Below are positions 38,879 through 52,580 of a stretch of DNA of 64,000 nucleotides, piece by piece (within the stretch, counting starts at the first letter, position 1; each line of letters opens with the position of its first letter). Below the pieces are notes generated by a model that ran no database searches, was not told where the DNA came from, and worked only from the letters and a program-made list of their open reading frames with translations. The translations under genes and the position numbers were made by a program. Source of the stretch: Octopus sinensis (taxonomy: Eukaryota); contig NC_043008.1 in the NCBI RefSeq assembly GCF_006345805.1, forward strand, positions 21,700,001 to 21,764,000. Reading direction: 5' to 3'.

Positions 38879-40468
38879 AAAATGTAGCAGGAAAAAAGAA
38901 AAAGTGTCTGACCTATTGTATTACAATATTCATTTACACACCATAAACGCCTTCTAACTCCCCTAAGTTCATAAAACAATAGGTAAAGTCACCCTCAGCG
39001 AAATTTGAACTCAGAACGAAAAGACGGACGAAATGCCACTAATGTTTTTGTCCGGCGCACTAGTTTCCACCAGCTTACTGCTTTATTACCACTTATATAT
39101 TAAACTCTATTCCTTCAACTAGACTCCTCTGAGCTGTCTGGAGTCCGCTTAGAAGTAGCAATTCTTCTAAGCACAACTGACACGCTCGTTTTTTTCTCAT
39201 CTCATCACCCATATTACGTTTCATAACCAGGCCCTACACACACACACACTGCTACACCAAATCCTTCATCCTAGAAAGTCTTCACTCTTGGAATTTTCTC
39301 TCTGTTCAAAAGGAAAGTTAAAGGTGGTTAGGGGATAGTCCAATAAATTAATCCCAATATGTAACTGGTACATATTTAGCGACATCAAAATAATTAAAAG
39401 GAAAACGATCCTATGTAGGAAGTGAATTAAGAATGTAAAACGGGACATAACTAAATACTATGAGACAAAGAGAAGGGCCATATCTCTCACTTATATATAT
39501 GTGTATGTGTGTGTGTGCGTGCGTGTGTGTGTGTGTGTGCGCGCACGCGCACACATTATATTTAACACGTTCATTTACTCTCGGACATTGGAAAACCTTT
39601 CCTTGTGGAAATACTCCCGAGAATATCATCACGTTCGAAATATGAATGGCCACACATATTTCATATAACACTGTTTTCTGCATCTCCGGCTACATAATTT
39701 CAGGTTGATCAATCTTAGCACATAAAAACTATATGTTATATGCTGTTGTTATATATATATATTTACTACTAATATAGGATAAAAAATTTCCGGAAAAAAT
39801 TTCATCAAAAGTCGCAGCATATCAAAATACTTTTTAAGGTGAAAATTATGCGCGCGCACACATTATATTTTTACCTGAGATTTCTTGACTGCTAACGGCA
39901 GGAAGAAAAATAGGCTTTGTTAGCGTTAGTTTTCCTTGGCAATAGACGAAAAGCTCTTTGTTGTAATCTATAAAAAGAGAGTCATGCAATGGTTTTTATT
40001 TTTAAACTGCAACTGTGGCACAACTACACAGATGTTCACTTAGCAACTCGCATCTCCAAATATCTATATAGACACAATAGAAGTTATGCAACAAAAAAAA
40101 GGAGAGAAATAGAGAAAAGTTAGGAAGATGAGAAACTATATTGAACTTTTCTTGCAATACAACATTGGAGTAGTATTGCTGTCTCTGGTGTACTGAAACT
40201 TCAATGTGATGGGGAAACACGGCGACATCGTGAACAATGACTCATTTTCCACTTGGGAACCTCAGCCTCCACTGTAAGAATATCCACCCAGAATTTCATC
40301 GATTCATATTTTACTGTTACAATATAAATATTGGTTTACGTAGACACAAATGCTACATTATATAAAATATTTAAATTGGGAACATAACCTATATGTTGTT
40401 CTAGACAGCTTTTGGTCAAATTCAATCAAAGCAGACATTCACGTCATTTCAGTGGTATCTGGGACTAG
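38879..40468 (-). repeat. Inverted, circularly permuted copy (B then A) of 36290-37970
   Basis: Block order and junction were read directly from the sequence. Confidence 0.95.
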
Positions 40469-40614
40469 ATAATCTGCGAAAATACAAATCACGCTTATTG
40501 GGGTTTTCTTCCTTACCCTATACTTCCTTATCACTGTTAAGATTTCTGATCCTCGAGCAGTGCTTAGTCGGCGGTGCTTGTTCTGTTACAAGCATCAAGG
40601 GCATATGTAGTCCC

Positions 40615-40827
40615 TTTCAAAATTGTGTGGTAAGAAGCTTGCTTCCCAACTACGTGGTTCTAGAAGTTCGGTCTCACCGCGTAGCATCTTGGGCAAGTGT
40701 CTTCTGCGATAGCCTCAGGCCGACCAAAATTTGTAATTGGATTTGGTAGACGGAAACTGAAAGAATCCCATCGTATGCATATATATACATATATATCATA
40801 TGTGTGTGTATCTGTATAAATATATAT

Positions 40828-40902
<75 letters not shown>

Positions 40903-41100
40903 TATATATATATACATACATGTATGTATATTGTATGTGTTAATCTGTATGTATATATACATTTGTGTCTGTGTTTGTGTTTGTCCCCACACCATCGCTT
41001 GACAACCTAGCAATTCGGCAAAAGGGACAGGTAGAATAAGTACTAGGCCTACAAAGAATAAGTCCCGGGGTCAAATGACTGTAAAATGTAAAAGAATAAA
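40615..41100 (+). mobile_element. SINE family B, degenerate
   Basis: Head, core, microsatellite and partial tail. Confidence 0.75.
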
Positions 41101-41244
41101 GAATATTATCTGGTATTCTCATCTCCATAGGCTGCTCTATATTTCTACCTCTCTTCCTCCTCCTCTCCCTCCCTCTCTTTCTCTCTTCCTCTTTTTCTGT
41201 TGCTGTCTCGCTTTTCTTTGGTCGACTTACAAATTTCAATGCAG

Positions 41245-41274
41245 ATTCCAATTGAAGAATTTTCCTTAATTCCG
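41245..41274 (+). other. Possible 30-nt micro-exon (IPIEEFSLIP)
   Basis: Long polypyrimidine tract, tgcag| acceptor and CCG|gtaatt donor; only one frame is open. Confidence 0.25.
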
Positions 41275-41648
41275 GTAATTCACCTACTTATCAATTCCGT
41301 GATCCTTTTATATCAGGAATTCGTCTTCACCTTTCCTAAATGACTCTTGCTATCGTTTGAACTTAAACACTTTTATTTTTCTTTACTTTTCAGTTTCTTT
41401 TATCATCTCTGTTTCCTTCTTCTAGTTTGATAACTTTCCTGGGTCCCAGCGAGCTGTCTTAAAATCCCAATGAAATCAGCTTTGGCATGCGTCCATTTAG
41501 GCTTCGGTAAATATAAGACTGGTTCAATCTTAATACTCTCCGCTCTCAATTAAGCTGTTACACTGTGGATGTTCCACTGGGCCAAGAGTAAGAGTGGCGA
41601 AGAGGTTACTGTGCTTGGCCGTGATTGCATGGAGACATGCAGCAATTA

Positions 41649-41649
<1 letters not shown>

Positions 41650-41683
<34 letters not shown>

Positions 41684-41686
41684 TTG

Positions 41687-41760
<74 letters not shown>

Positions 41761-41980
41761 TGTTGTAGTAGTAGTAAGCAGAAGATGAAAGATTGAATTC
41801 AAGTGAAAGAAAAAGAAAACCGAATGGGGAGAAAAACAAAAAAGATAACGCGATGAAAATTCAGAGCAGGAGGCGCATGAAGAAGGAGGAGGAGGAGGAG
41901 GAGAAGAAGAAGAAGAAAGAGGAGGAGGAGGAGAAGAAGAAGAAGAAGAAGAAAGAGGAGGAGAAGAAAGAGGAGAAGAA
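41650..41980. repeat. (TAG)n and (GAA/GAG)n microsatellites
   Basis: Direct reading of the sequence. Confidence 0.9.
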
Positions 41981-42566
41981 GAGTTTAGACAAACGACACA
42001 AGTAGAGTGCTTGATGCAATCTAACGATGACATTCCCGGCGAAACTTCAACGACACTCTCAACAAAATTGTGTGTGTGTGCGCTTGTGTCTGAGTGTGTA
42101 TGTATGTACCGATGTACATTATTCACGTTCAGTAGAATCTCAATAACAAAAAGAACATTTGATATCATCCAAAAAGGATTTAGTCGGTATTTTATATCTC
42201 TACCTGTGATAGATTCATTTTCACAAACGCAACATTGAAAAAAGTTCCAAATAATACCAAATATAAATATTGAAATTGTTTCTTTGTATATTGTATACTA
42301 TCGATACATCTCTTGATAGATCACTGCAAATACTAAATTTATTTATAGTTATATTTTATGCTTACCTATGAATAGTGATGGTATATTGTGATATATACCA
42401 AACTCTCGGCTTAAAATAAAGCGTCGATTTCCTCGTTTCTACAATTCCGAGCGGAAAACAGAAAATTCCTTTTAACTCAAAATTCTCTGCAGTTCAACAG
42501 TTTGTCAGAAAACATGTAACGTTATTCATATATATATATGCATATCTATCTATCTATCTATCTATA

Positions 42567-42614
<48 letters not shown>

Positions 42615-42657
42615 ATCTATCTATCTATACATATATATATATATTTATATATATATT

Positions 42658-42688
<31 letters not shown>

Positions 42689-43428
42689 TATATATATATG
42701 TATATTTATATATATATATATATATATATTTATTATATATATATGTATATATATATTTATATATATATATATGTATATGTATATATTATATATATAAAGA
42801 TACACGCGTATATATATATATATATATACATACATACACACACAACACACACACAAGCGCACAAACACACACACACACGTATATAATGTAGGTATTCTTG
42901 TATGCCTTTTTATGCATTTATATATATATATATATTTATGTATATTGATTCAATATGCGTTGATCTTAAATTCTTTATATGTGTCAATATTTCTATTGAT
43001 ATTCTATCAATAACGTTATGTGGTTTACTTCTGACCAATATGACAACATTGTAAAATAAATGCTGAGTTCTAAAGCACAATAAAAAACTGAGAGTAAGAA
43101 TCTAATACGTTTCGTTAATAGCGAGTCCCTTGAAACTACGGTTACAGAGATCACAGTAAAAGATCACGCTTTTATGTAACTTGTCAACAAGTCAGCTTTT
43201 TGGAACCATTCCATTAGGAAGCTACACACTCAAATGGAGCTGATGCTATTGTTGTTGCTGATGTTAATTCGAGAGAAGTATTTTGCTGCTATTTCTAGCT
43301 GGGCAAATAACTACGCAGACTTAATCCTCGTTGACGGAAACTCAGCTGTGAGAATTCAAAGAATACTAGTCCTCATTCAATAGTCAGAAATTCGCAAAAG
43401 AACGCAGGAAGCTATATTTCGTAACTAA

Positions 43429-43820
43429 TCTTTCTATATATAAAACTGAAGTTGTCTGTGTATTGCAGGTTTGGTAGGCTTCAACTAACACTATCTCCTC
43501 CGAGACCCTGCAGCGCATGTTGACCAAAATTAAGAGTATGATAGAAGAAGGCTTGCTCTTCCTTCCGTATAAGAGAAAATTCAAATCGGACCATGTTAAC
43601 ACCAAAAATTATTTACATCATAAAGGTGCTTTTTTTCTATGAAAATCCTTGTTTTTTACGATTTCCTTACTGATGTGTCGCCATTTTTCGGTGTATTTCA
43701 ACCAGAAAAATGCTCACATAAAGAGTATAACAAGCTACATGATGCAAAATGTTTACTTTTCAAAAATTCTAATTCTAAAGGGTCGAAACAAACCCGAGCA
43801 ACGCCGGGCAATACTGCTAG
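43429..43820 (+). mobile_element. Non-autonomous Helitron
   Basis: A|TC 5' end, cccgagcaacgccggg hairpin, CTAG|T 3' end; termini shared with 19903-20297. Confidence 0.85.
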
Positions 43821-44605
43821 TAATGATAGAAGCTAATTTGAATTGGTTTCTTTTGTATTGTGCTTTATATCAATCAATTCTTCGAAAGTAGAACTGCGTG
43901 TCGTAATTATAGAATAACGACTTTTGTAGCTCGTTCGATCTGGTTTATTTACTCGATAGAAAAGGAAACATATCATAGATAAGGCACAAATAATTTTTAT
44001 TCAAAAGCTGAAGGTTCTGGCTACGTGAACAAATTATTTCAAGTAATTTAATTAATCTCAAATCGAAGGGAAAAACTATGAAATCATTCAATGCTGAGAA
44101 AAAATTATGGAATCATTAATAAAAACAAAGTTCTTAATTGCTTCTTCGTTATTCTTCCTCGGGTTTTTTATGGCGATTTGAATACTTTGAGGAATGGTTT
44201 TCAGTTATAAGAATAGGAATCCCAATCAAAATGTTCCAAATTTCTCGAATAGTTGTTGACAGAATTGTGCATTACTTTATATTTTTAAATATCCACCATA
44301 CAATTTCAGTCCTTTCTCAGATCTGCCGTCTTTGCTTGCGATGTCATTAAATTGATATGATTTTCCTCAAGTAACATTTTAACGTTCATTGCTTTCTGTT
44401 AGAGTCATTACGATCCTGAGAAATGACTTTATAATCGCCAAACCTATTTTCTATCGATAGAATGAGAAAAACCTGTCAAATGTCTATGTACGCCTATTTA
44501 CTGCCTGGCAAATGAACGCCACCCACTCTTAGGAAATCGTAGAAGCACTGTCGTGATATACGGTGTCTTTGGCGTTAAAACCTGATGGAGTTCATCCCTT
44601 TCTAG

Positions 44606-44819
44606 ATTTCATCGCTGCTATTTTCTTCCGGAAAAATATATAAAAGAGTTAAAATTACGTGCGCCTGAACCTTGGCAAACCAATTCCAGCAAGGAAGAAG
44701 AGCAGAGATGTTCAAGCAGTTCACTACTTTACAATTTTATGACTTTAGCGGTGTCCACTGTACTACAAGTATTCGGACTTGGCCTAAAACTAAAAGATAC
44801 CTTCCTTCCTTCTTACTAG
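44606..44819 (+). other. Possible coding exon (FHRCYFLPEKYIKELKLRAPEPW...)
   Basis: ttcatccctttctag| acceptor followed by 70 open codons of non-repetitive composition; protein not recognised. Confidence 0.3.
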
Positions 44820-45184
44820 TTTAGAAGAGCATAAAAATGGTTGAGTGTGATGAAGTTTTTCCTATGAGTAACCAGAGTTACACATGCACTAAATCTAATC
44901 GATGGAATTGATCTTTAAATTTTATGTTTGATTTAAAAGGAAATAAGTTCATGTGCCTAACAAAGCTGAAGTTTAAACTGGTTAAATGTATAAACGATAA
45001 TGAACGCAAAAACTTTGTTGTCTAAGCATCATATTGGATAAATATTTGATTAGTTTATATATCTCGTCACATAGCACTTCACGATACAAACACATTTCTA
45101 CATATTGTTCGCAATTTGACGAAACATTGGAAATTGGAATATCTTGTCACTAATATAAATACACACACATACGCACGCACACAA

Positions 45185-45500
<316 letters not shown>

Positions 45501-46085
45501 TAACCAAGCAAAAAAAATGAAAGAAAACAAATTAAACTTCAGACAGGTTCTCCTCCCACCTCTCTTCCCAAATGCCACTTTTCAGAAGGATATAATTAAG
45601 CATTGATTGGCAAAGGAAATTACTTTTGTGACGAAGTAAAGCGATTAAGCAAACGCAAATAGTGAAACAAAACCACTGCAAAAAAAATAAATTAAAGAAC
45701 ATGGCACGAAAAGTATGATAATTGTTACATAAAATACAACAGCAACAACAACAATCACAACAATAGCGGCAACAACAACAACAATTGCAGTAAGAGAAAT
45801 TCAATGAAAAATAAGTTAGAATTAATGAAAGGTAGTTAAACGATACTATTCAAATGGAAACGGTTCGGTTTTTTTTTTTTTTTTTTAATTATTTTAATTT
45901 TATACCTTGCAAAAACGATTAAAGCATGACTTGACTGAAAATCCAGCGTCATTCCTCGTATAACCTTTGAATAGGTCATGATGTAATTCTCATTGCGATT
46001 CACAGAAGAGGTGTGTCTTTGAAATTCTTCAATTCTTCAGAATCTCTTGTTCAGACTCTGCAAGTTGCGTTTCGTTCGTGTAGCG

Positions 46086-46116
<31 letters not shown>

Positions 46117-46188
46117 GTATTACTATTACTACTACTATTACCACCACCACTGCCACCACCAACTCCAACACCAACACTACTACTACTT

Positions 46189-46219
<31 letters not shown>

Positions 46220-46624
46220 TATACCAACACCAACACTACTACTACTACTACTACTACTACTGCTACTGCTACTGCTGCTGCTGCTACTAGATGCATGATC
46301 AAAACTGATGCTACTAGCATACCGAACCAAGATTTCTGCAATTACAACCGAAACCACCACTACCACTAACAACAAAACCACCACCTCTCCTCCTCCTCCT
46401 CTCCCTCCTCCTCTCCCTCCTCCTCTCCCTCCTCCTCCTACTATTTCTACTACGTAATTTATCGAACCCGAAAGGATGAAAGGCAAAGTCGACCCCGGCG
46501 GAATTTGAACTCAGAACGTAAAGACAGACGAAATACTGCTAAGCAGTTCGCCCGGCTTGCTAACATTTCTGCCAGCTCGCCGCCTTAATAATGATAATAA
46601 TAATAATAATAATAATAATTAAAA

Positions 46625-47167
46625 TGCCCTGATGCAGTACCAGGCAGTGGCTCTCATGGCTTCTGATCTTAACTGATTGGAAGTGTTACATGTACATTGT
46701 TTTGTCTGGTATAAAAGATGGGCTACAGCAAATATTCTGCTTAATACCACAGATTGCTTGTCAGTTGTTTGGCCTTAACCAGTTGAGCATGTCCCTTAGT
46801 GGCTGACGATATGTGCATCTGATCACGAGCAGAAGTATGGGGGAGCATCATGGCCATGGTTGAGAGGGATTCTTGGGGTTTGAATAATTCACCTCTGGAA
46901 ACATAGGTGTTTCGTTCAACATCCTAAAGCAACCCTTATTCAGGGACCTTTTGAGCAGGATGGGCTACTCAACCTGAAGAAAATTCTAACTGGGCCCACC
47001 TGCAAGGTCATGTGCTGTTTATCTTGAATGAGATCACCATGTCGCGCACATATGGTTGTGATGCATGTCCTGGTGTACCTTTATCAGACGGGTAGTCATG
47101 ATGGGTTATTGGGCTTCGTATATTTTACCCCAGTGTCACTTTGATGGCATGAACTGCTCTCTCACTC

Positions 47168-47168
<1 letters not shown>
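46625..47168. mobile_element. ~545-bp (AAT)n-flanked non-autonomous element, copy 1
   Basis: Starts tgccctgatgcagtacc, ends ctctctcactca; (AAT)n on both sides. Confidence 0.8.
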
Positions 47169-47219
<51 letters not shown>

Positions 47220-47322
47220 GATACATACCACCACCACCACCACCACCACCACCACTACTACTACTACTGCTGTTGCTGCTGCTGCTGCTGCTACTACTAC
47301 TACTATTACAACTACAACAACT

Positions 47323-47355
<33 letters not shown>

Positions 47356-47356
47356 G

Positions 47357-47837
47357 TGCCCTGATACAGTACCAAGCAGTGGCTCTCGTGGCTTCTGATG
47401 CTCAATACCACAGATTTGCTTGTCAGCTGTTTGACCATAACCAGTTGAGCATGTCCCTTAGTGGCTGACGATATGTGCATTTCTGATCACGAGCAGAAGT
47501 AATGGGGGAGCATCATAGTCATGTGTTGAAAGGAATTCTTTGGGGTTTGGATAATTCACCTTTGGAAACATGGGTGCTTCGTTCAACATCGTTAAACAAC
47601 CCTTATTCAGGGATCTTTTGAGCTGGATGGGCTACTCGACCTGAAGAAAATTTTAATTGGGCTCCACCTGCAAGGTCATGCGCTATTCATCTTGATATGA
47701 GATCGCTATGTCGCGCACATATGGTTGGGATGCATGTATGGTGTACCCTTATCAGACGGGTAGTCATGATGGGTATACTGGGCTACGTCTATTTGACCCC
47801 AGTTTCACTTTGATAGCATGCACTGCTCTCTCACTCA
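47357..47837. mobile_element. (AAT)n-flanked element, copy 2 (internal deletion)
   Basis: Same termini as copy 1; roughly 65-70 bp missing after gcttctgat. Confidence 0.8.
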
Positions 47838-48007
47838 ATGAAAATAATGATAATTCATTTTCCAGGAAAAGATAAATGAATAATGAACAGCTACCTACTA
47901 AAACGCAGATTTTTCTCAGTTTATAGTAATTTACGATGTGAAAAATGAATTCTGATTGGACGTAGTTTAAGACAACTAAATACGTCAGTGGTTTACAGGG
48001 CCTTACC

Positions 48008-48239
48008 TATTTCTTTATTACCCACAAGGGGCTAAACACAGAGGGGACAAACAAGGACAGACATAGGTATTAAGTCGATTACATCGACTCCAGTGCGTAA
48101 CTGGTACTTAATTTATCGACCCCGAAAGGATGAAAGGCAAAGTCGACCTCGGCAGAATTTGAACTCACAACGTAACGCAGACGAAATACCGCTAAGCATT
48201 TCGCCCGGCGTGCTAACGTTTCTGCCAGCTTGCCGCCTT
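48008..48239 (-). mobile_element. SINE family A with 20-bp target-site duplication
   Basis: gtggtttacagggccttacc (47988-48007) and gtggtttacagggctttacc (48240-48259). Confidence 0.92.
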
Positions 48240-48889
48240 GTGGTTTACAGGGCTTTACCGTGTAGGAAAAGATTGACGAGAAACATGTATTGCTTAATGA
48301 TCCAGTCAGATGTTTTATAGTAGATTTAGTGAGTCTCCTAATACGGCTGGCGATACAGAATTGTTATGAAGAAGAACACGGATATCTGTTGGCTGTTGAT
48401 AAACAAAATATTTATTCTCTTCTTAAAGAAAAATGTTGTTGTTACTACGAACTACCGAACACCGAGAGTTTGAATATTATTGCGCTTGGATTGTTGTGAT
48501 AGTAGCGGGAGTCAAAGTATTAGGTGGTGGTCGACGTCCTGTCTGCCCTCTGTTTGCCATTCTGTTGTCAGCCTGGGTAAGCTGCGGTCCGCTGTCTATT
48601 CGCCATTTTGTCTGTGTTGTCTAAGTAGCTATGGTGTGCTGAATTTATTGTGATTAGTATTAGAAAGAAGCGCTCCACAAGATGAAATAGTTGTTGGAGC
48701 CACTTCCACGGCATGTCTTGAGTCGTCAGATGTTTTTCGATTACATGGACAATATTCTAGAGAATCATAACATCGTATTTAGTGATCTGACTGCTAAATA
48801 TTCCTGGTTTAGAGCAATGGAAGATTAGTCAATATTAGATATGAGAAATCACATGCTACATGCATACACACATCCATACATACATTAAT

Positions 48890-48924
<35 letters not shown>

Positions 48925-49242
48925 CATACATACATATATATATGTGTATATATATGTATGTATGTATTTATGTATGTATGTATGTATGTATATATATATA
49001 TATATATAAGGATACAAGAACGAAATACGTATATTTAGAAGATAAATACATATACCTATTTACTGCCTGGCAAATGAACGCCACCCACTCTTAGGAGTTA
49101 CATATATTGGCAAATAAATTTACATTTACATGGCGCATAAAAATACTGGAGTGTAAGAAAAGAACGCATAGTTTTTTTTAACTCGACAGCCGTTTCTGGG
49201 AGCTTGGAATTACGTGCTATTCATAATGTTCACAATGTACAG

Positions 49243-49302
49243 ATGGAGTATACAACAAGCCATGGATAGGCAAAAAGCAGGGTGTCGCATATGGACATTA
49301 CC
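49243..49302 (+). other. Possible 60-nt symmetric exon
   Basis: tacag| acceptor and CC|gtacgt donor; open as DGVYNKPWIGKKQGVAYGHY or WSIQQAMDRQKAGCRIWTL. Confidence 0.25.
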
Positions 49303-49994
49303 GTACGTCTAGTTTCCTTCATCAGAAAGAAAAATTGTCAAACAAGATGATCTCGCAGCTGCTGCTGTTGTAATAATGTATATGAGCTCAGCAGCAACAA
49401 TGGTAGAAGCGATTGTTAACTGTTTTGTATGTCCTGAGATTTCATTAAAAATATCTTTAAAATATTATTGTATCCTGTTGATATCTTACTAAATACTAAA
49501 CACTGGCTTAATTGGGTTTTGGTATTTACATTAAGTTCAGAACAGTTTCAAATTTCGCTTGCATTGTTTATGCAGTAATATTGAAACTTCATATTTCTCT
49601 TATATTTTTCAATAATTGAATTGAGACCGACATTTTGCTATTTCGCGTTCTGTCATGGCCGATATCATAAATCTTAATGCACCGCTGTTAACCTATCTAC
49701 CAGGTCATCTTTGTATGTCAATCAAACTGTCTAACTGGATGACAGACTCGTTGTCTCTCTTTTTCTTTCTTTTGTGTATTATGTTTCTCTCTTTCCTTTT
49801 TGATTTGTTCATTCGCTCAAGGTGTCTTCCATTTTCTTCTCTTTCTTACTTACTCTCTCCCAATATATGTATATAAATATATATATACATATATATATAT
49901 ATGTGTGTGTGTGAGTGTGTGTGTATACACATACATATAAATAGATGTGTGTATTGTTCTCTTGTTAACAATTAACAATAAATTCCATTTTTTA

Positions 49995-50018
49995 TATACA
50001 TATATATGTAATATATAA

Positions 50019-50058
<40 letters not shown>

Positions 50059-50089
50059 ATATATATATACATATATATATTATATATAC

Positions 50090-50131
<42 letters not shown>

Positions 50132-50317
50132 CATATGTGTATATATATATATATATATAATATATACATATACATATATATATATATATACATATGTGTA
50201 TATATATATATATATATTATATATATTACATATACATATGTGTATATATATATATACATATACATATGTATATATATATATACATATACATATGTATATA
50301 TATATATATACATATAC

Positions 50318-50399
<82 letters not shown>

Positions 50400-50433
50400 T
50401 TATATTATATATATATATTATATATATGTATAC

Positions 50434-50470
<37 letters not shown>

Positions 50471-50530
50471 TATGTATATATATATATATATATATATAGA
50501 TAGATATATATAGATATATATATCCATATA
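49995..50530. repeat. ~530-bp (TA)n-rich microsatellite
   Basis: Direct reading of the sequence. Confidence 0.95.
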
Positions 50531-51172
50531 TATGGCTGTGTGGTAAGAAGTTTGCTTCTGGACTACGTGGTTCAGGGTTCAGTCCAACTGCGTGGCACCT
50601 TAGTAATCAGAAAATATTAAATTTTTGGGCAAATAGTTACTTGCACATTGGCATAGTAGTGCAAACGCATAAACGATTTCAATTAATTTAAACATATTTA
50701 ACAACTAGTTTCTGAAATCGGTTTTGGGATTATTCCGAAAACTTCTCTTTTTAGTCGACCATTGTATGTCACACTCCGTATAGGCGTTTGGCCGGATCCT
50801 GGGAGAGGATCCCGACCACCGTTGCCTCTCACCTGCGCGATCACTCCTAATGTGAAAGGTGATTGAAGAAGTCGATTAATATGACCTCAAGAAATCAGTC
50901 AATGTTAACAACACATCAATGGCTCGCGTCTCAAGAAAAGCAAACACCACCATCTCATATGCTACCAGAATTGCCAGATACAAACAACATCATATACACA
51001 GTACAAGTCTGTAGCTAACGTACTTCTCGCTTTGATCAACATAGGCAACAATTTTGTAGTTCTATTTCTCCTTAGTAGCAACATATCGAGGTTTGATTCT
51101 AAAAAAACATTATTTTTAACGCATACTAAAAAATGTTCCGGAGCCATTAATGTGTATGTTTATATGTGTGTA

Positions 51173-51216
<44 letters not shown>

Positions 51217-52333
51217 AATATATGCACACACATTTATATATATTATATATATATATTTATGTATATATATATATATATATTATATATATATATAATATAT
51301 ATATATATTATATATATATACTTTGATACTTTGATAAGTTTCGGCCATTATTGGCCAGGCCATGTCTAACTTAATAGCACCACTATATACATATATATAC
51401 ACACACATCAAAAAAACATATATATATACATGTGTGTATGTGTATGTATATATGTATGTGTGTATCTATGTATGTGCGTGTATGTTTGTATGTATATGTA
51501 TATGCATATATATATATATATATATACCTATGTATGTGTATGTATACATGTGTATGTATGCATGTGTGTAATGTATGTATGTATGTATGTATGTATGTAT
51601 GTATGTATGTGTGTATATATGTCTGTGTATATAAGTATGTATGTGTGTATTATGTATGTATGTTTGTATGTATGTATGTTAGTCTGTTCTTATACATGTA
51701 AACCGCTTGTTCTTATTAGGATTTTCCATATTTACGTAAGTCGCTTCCAATTTGTTTTGTACAGTAAAGGTCCGAGAAACAGCAAGGATTTAGAGACTTG
51801 TTGATGAAGAATTAAGGAATTGTATTACTCCAAACATACCACAACAGTTTCAAACAAACGTTGGAAGAGAAGCTTAAAATATAAGTTAAAACCAGAGCAT
51901 ATTCACGTTTCTAATACAGCATAAGTACACACACACACACACACAGATAGACAGGCAGGCAGGTGGGCAGATAGACACACATACAGGTATATAGATACAT
52001 TGAAATAATATTAATCTATAATATAAATTTGACATGGGCGATCGTTGTATTCTTTCTTGTCTTAAGGTTCCCAGACAAACGGCTGGGTGGATTCGCGTGA
52101 AAAATGGTACACATGTGGAGACGGGTACATAAATTGGAATGCGGTTTGCATTTTTTCCTAGCCCCTATAGTTACCGAAAAAAAATGATTAAAACTTTTCT
52201 ATTGGAATTCCCCTGTTTGTTCCGCCAAAATGATAAGGTTGAGAAACGCTGTTATAGATTATATCTAACGGAAAACGATCACAGCCACATCATCCAAACA
52301 GACCGGGTGAAACCGAGCCTAACTGCTAGTCTG

Positions 52334-52374
<41 letters not shown>

Positions 52375-52378
<4 letters not shown>

Positions 52379-52580
52379 AAGAGTTTACGAAAAAAAACTA
52401 AAGACAAAGACAGGTGGTATACAAAACAAACAGATGTATTAGTATAACGCTCAGGAATAGAAAAAGTCTTTTATGTTTCGAGCCTACGCTCTTCTACACA
52501 AAGGGACACAGAAAGAACAAGGAGAGAAAGAAACAAGGAGAGAAAAAATGTATGTAGTGGCTAACTATCTATCATGGCGA
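52375..52580 (-). mobile_element. Short Penelope-like element with degenerate hammerhead motif (52468-52503)
   Basis: Minus strand CTTT-GTGTAGA-A-GAGC(GTAG)GCTC-GAAAC-ATA-AAAG; (TA)n on both flanks. Confidence 0.6.

Noticed and set aside
46800-46845. CTGACGA hammerhead core in the (AAT)n-flanked element
   Set aside because: There is no downstream stem II plus GAAA, so the motif is incomplete.
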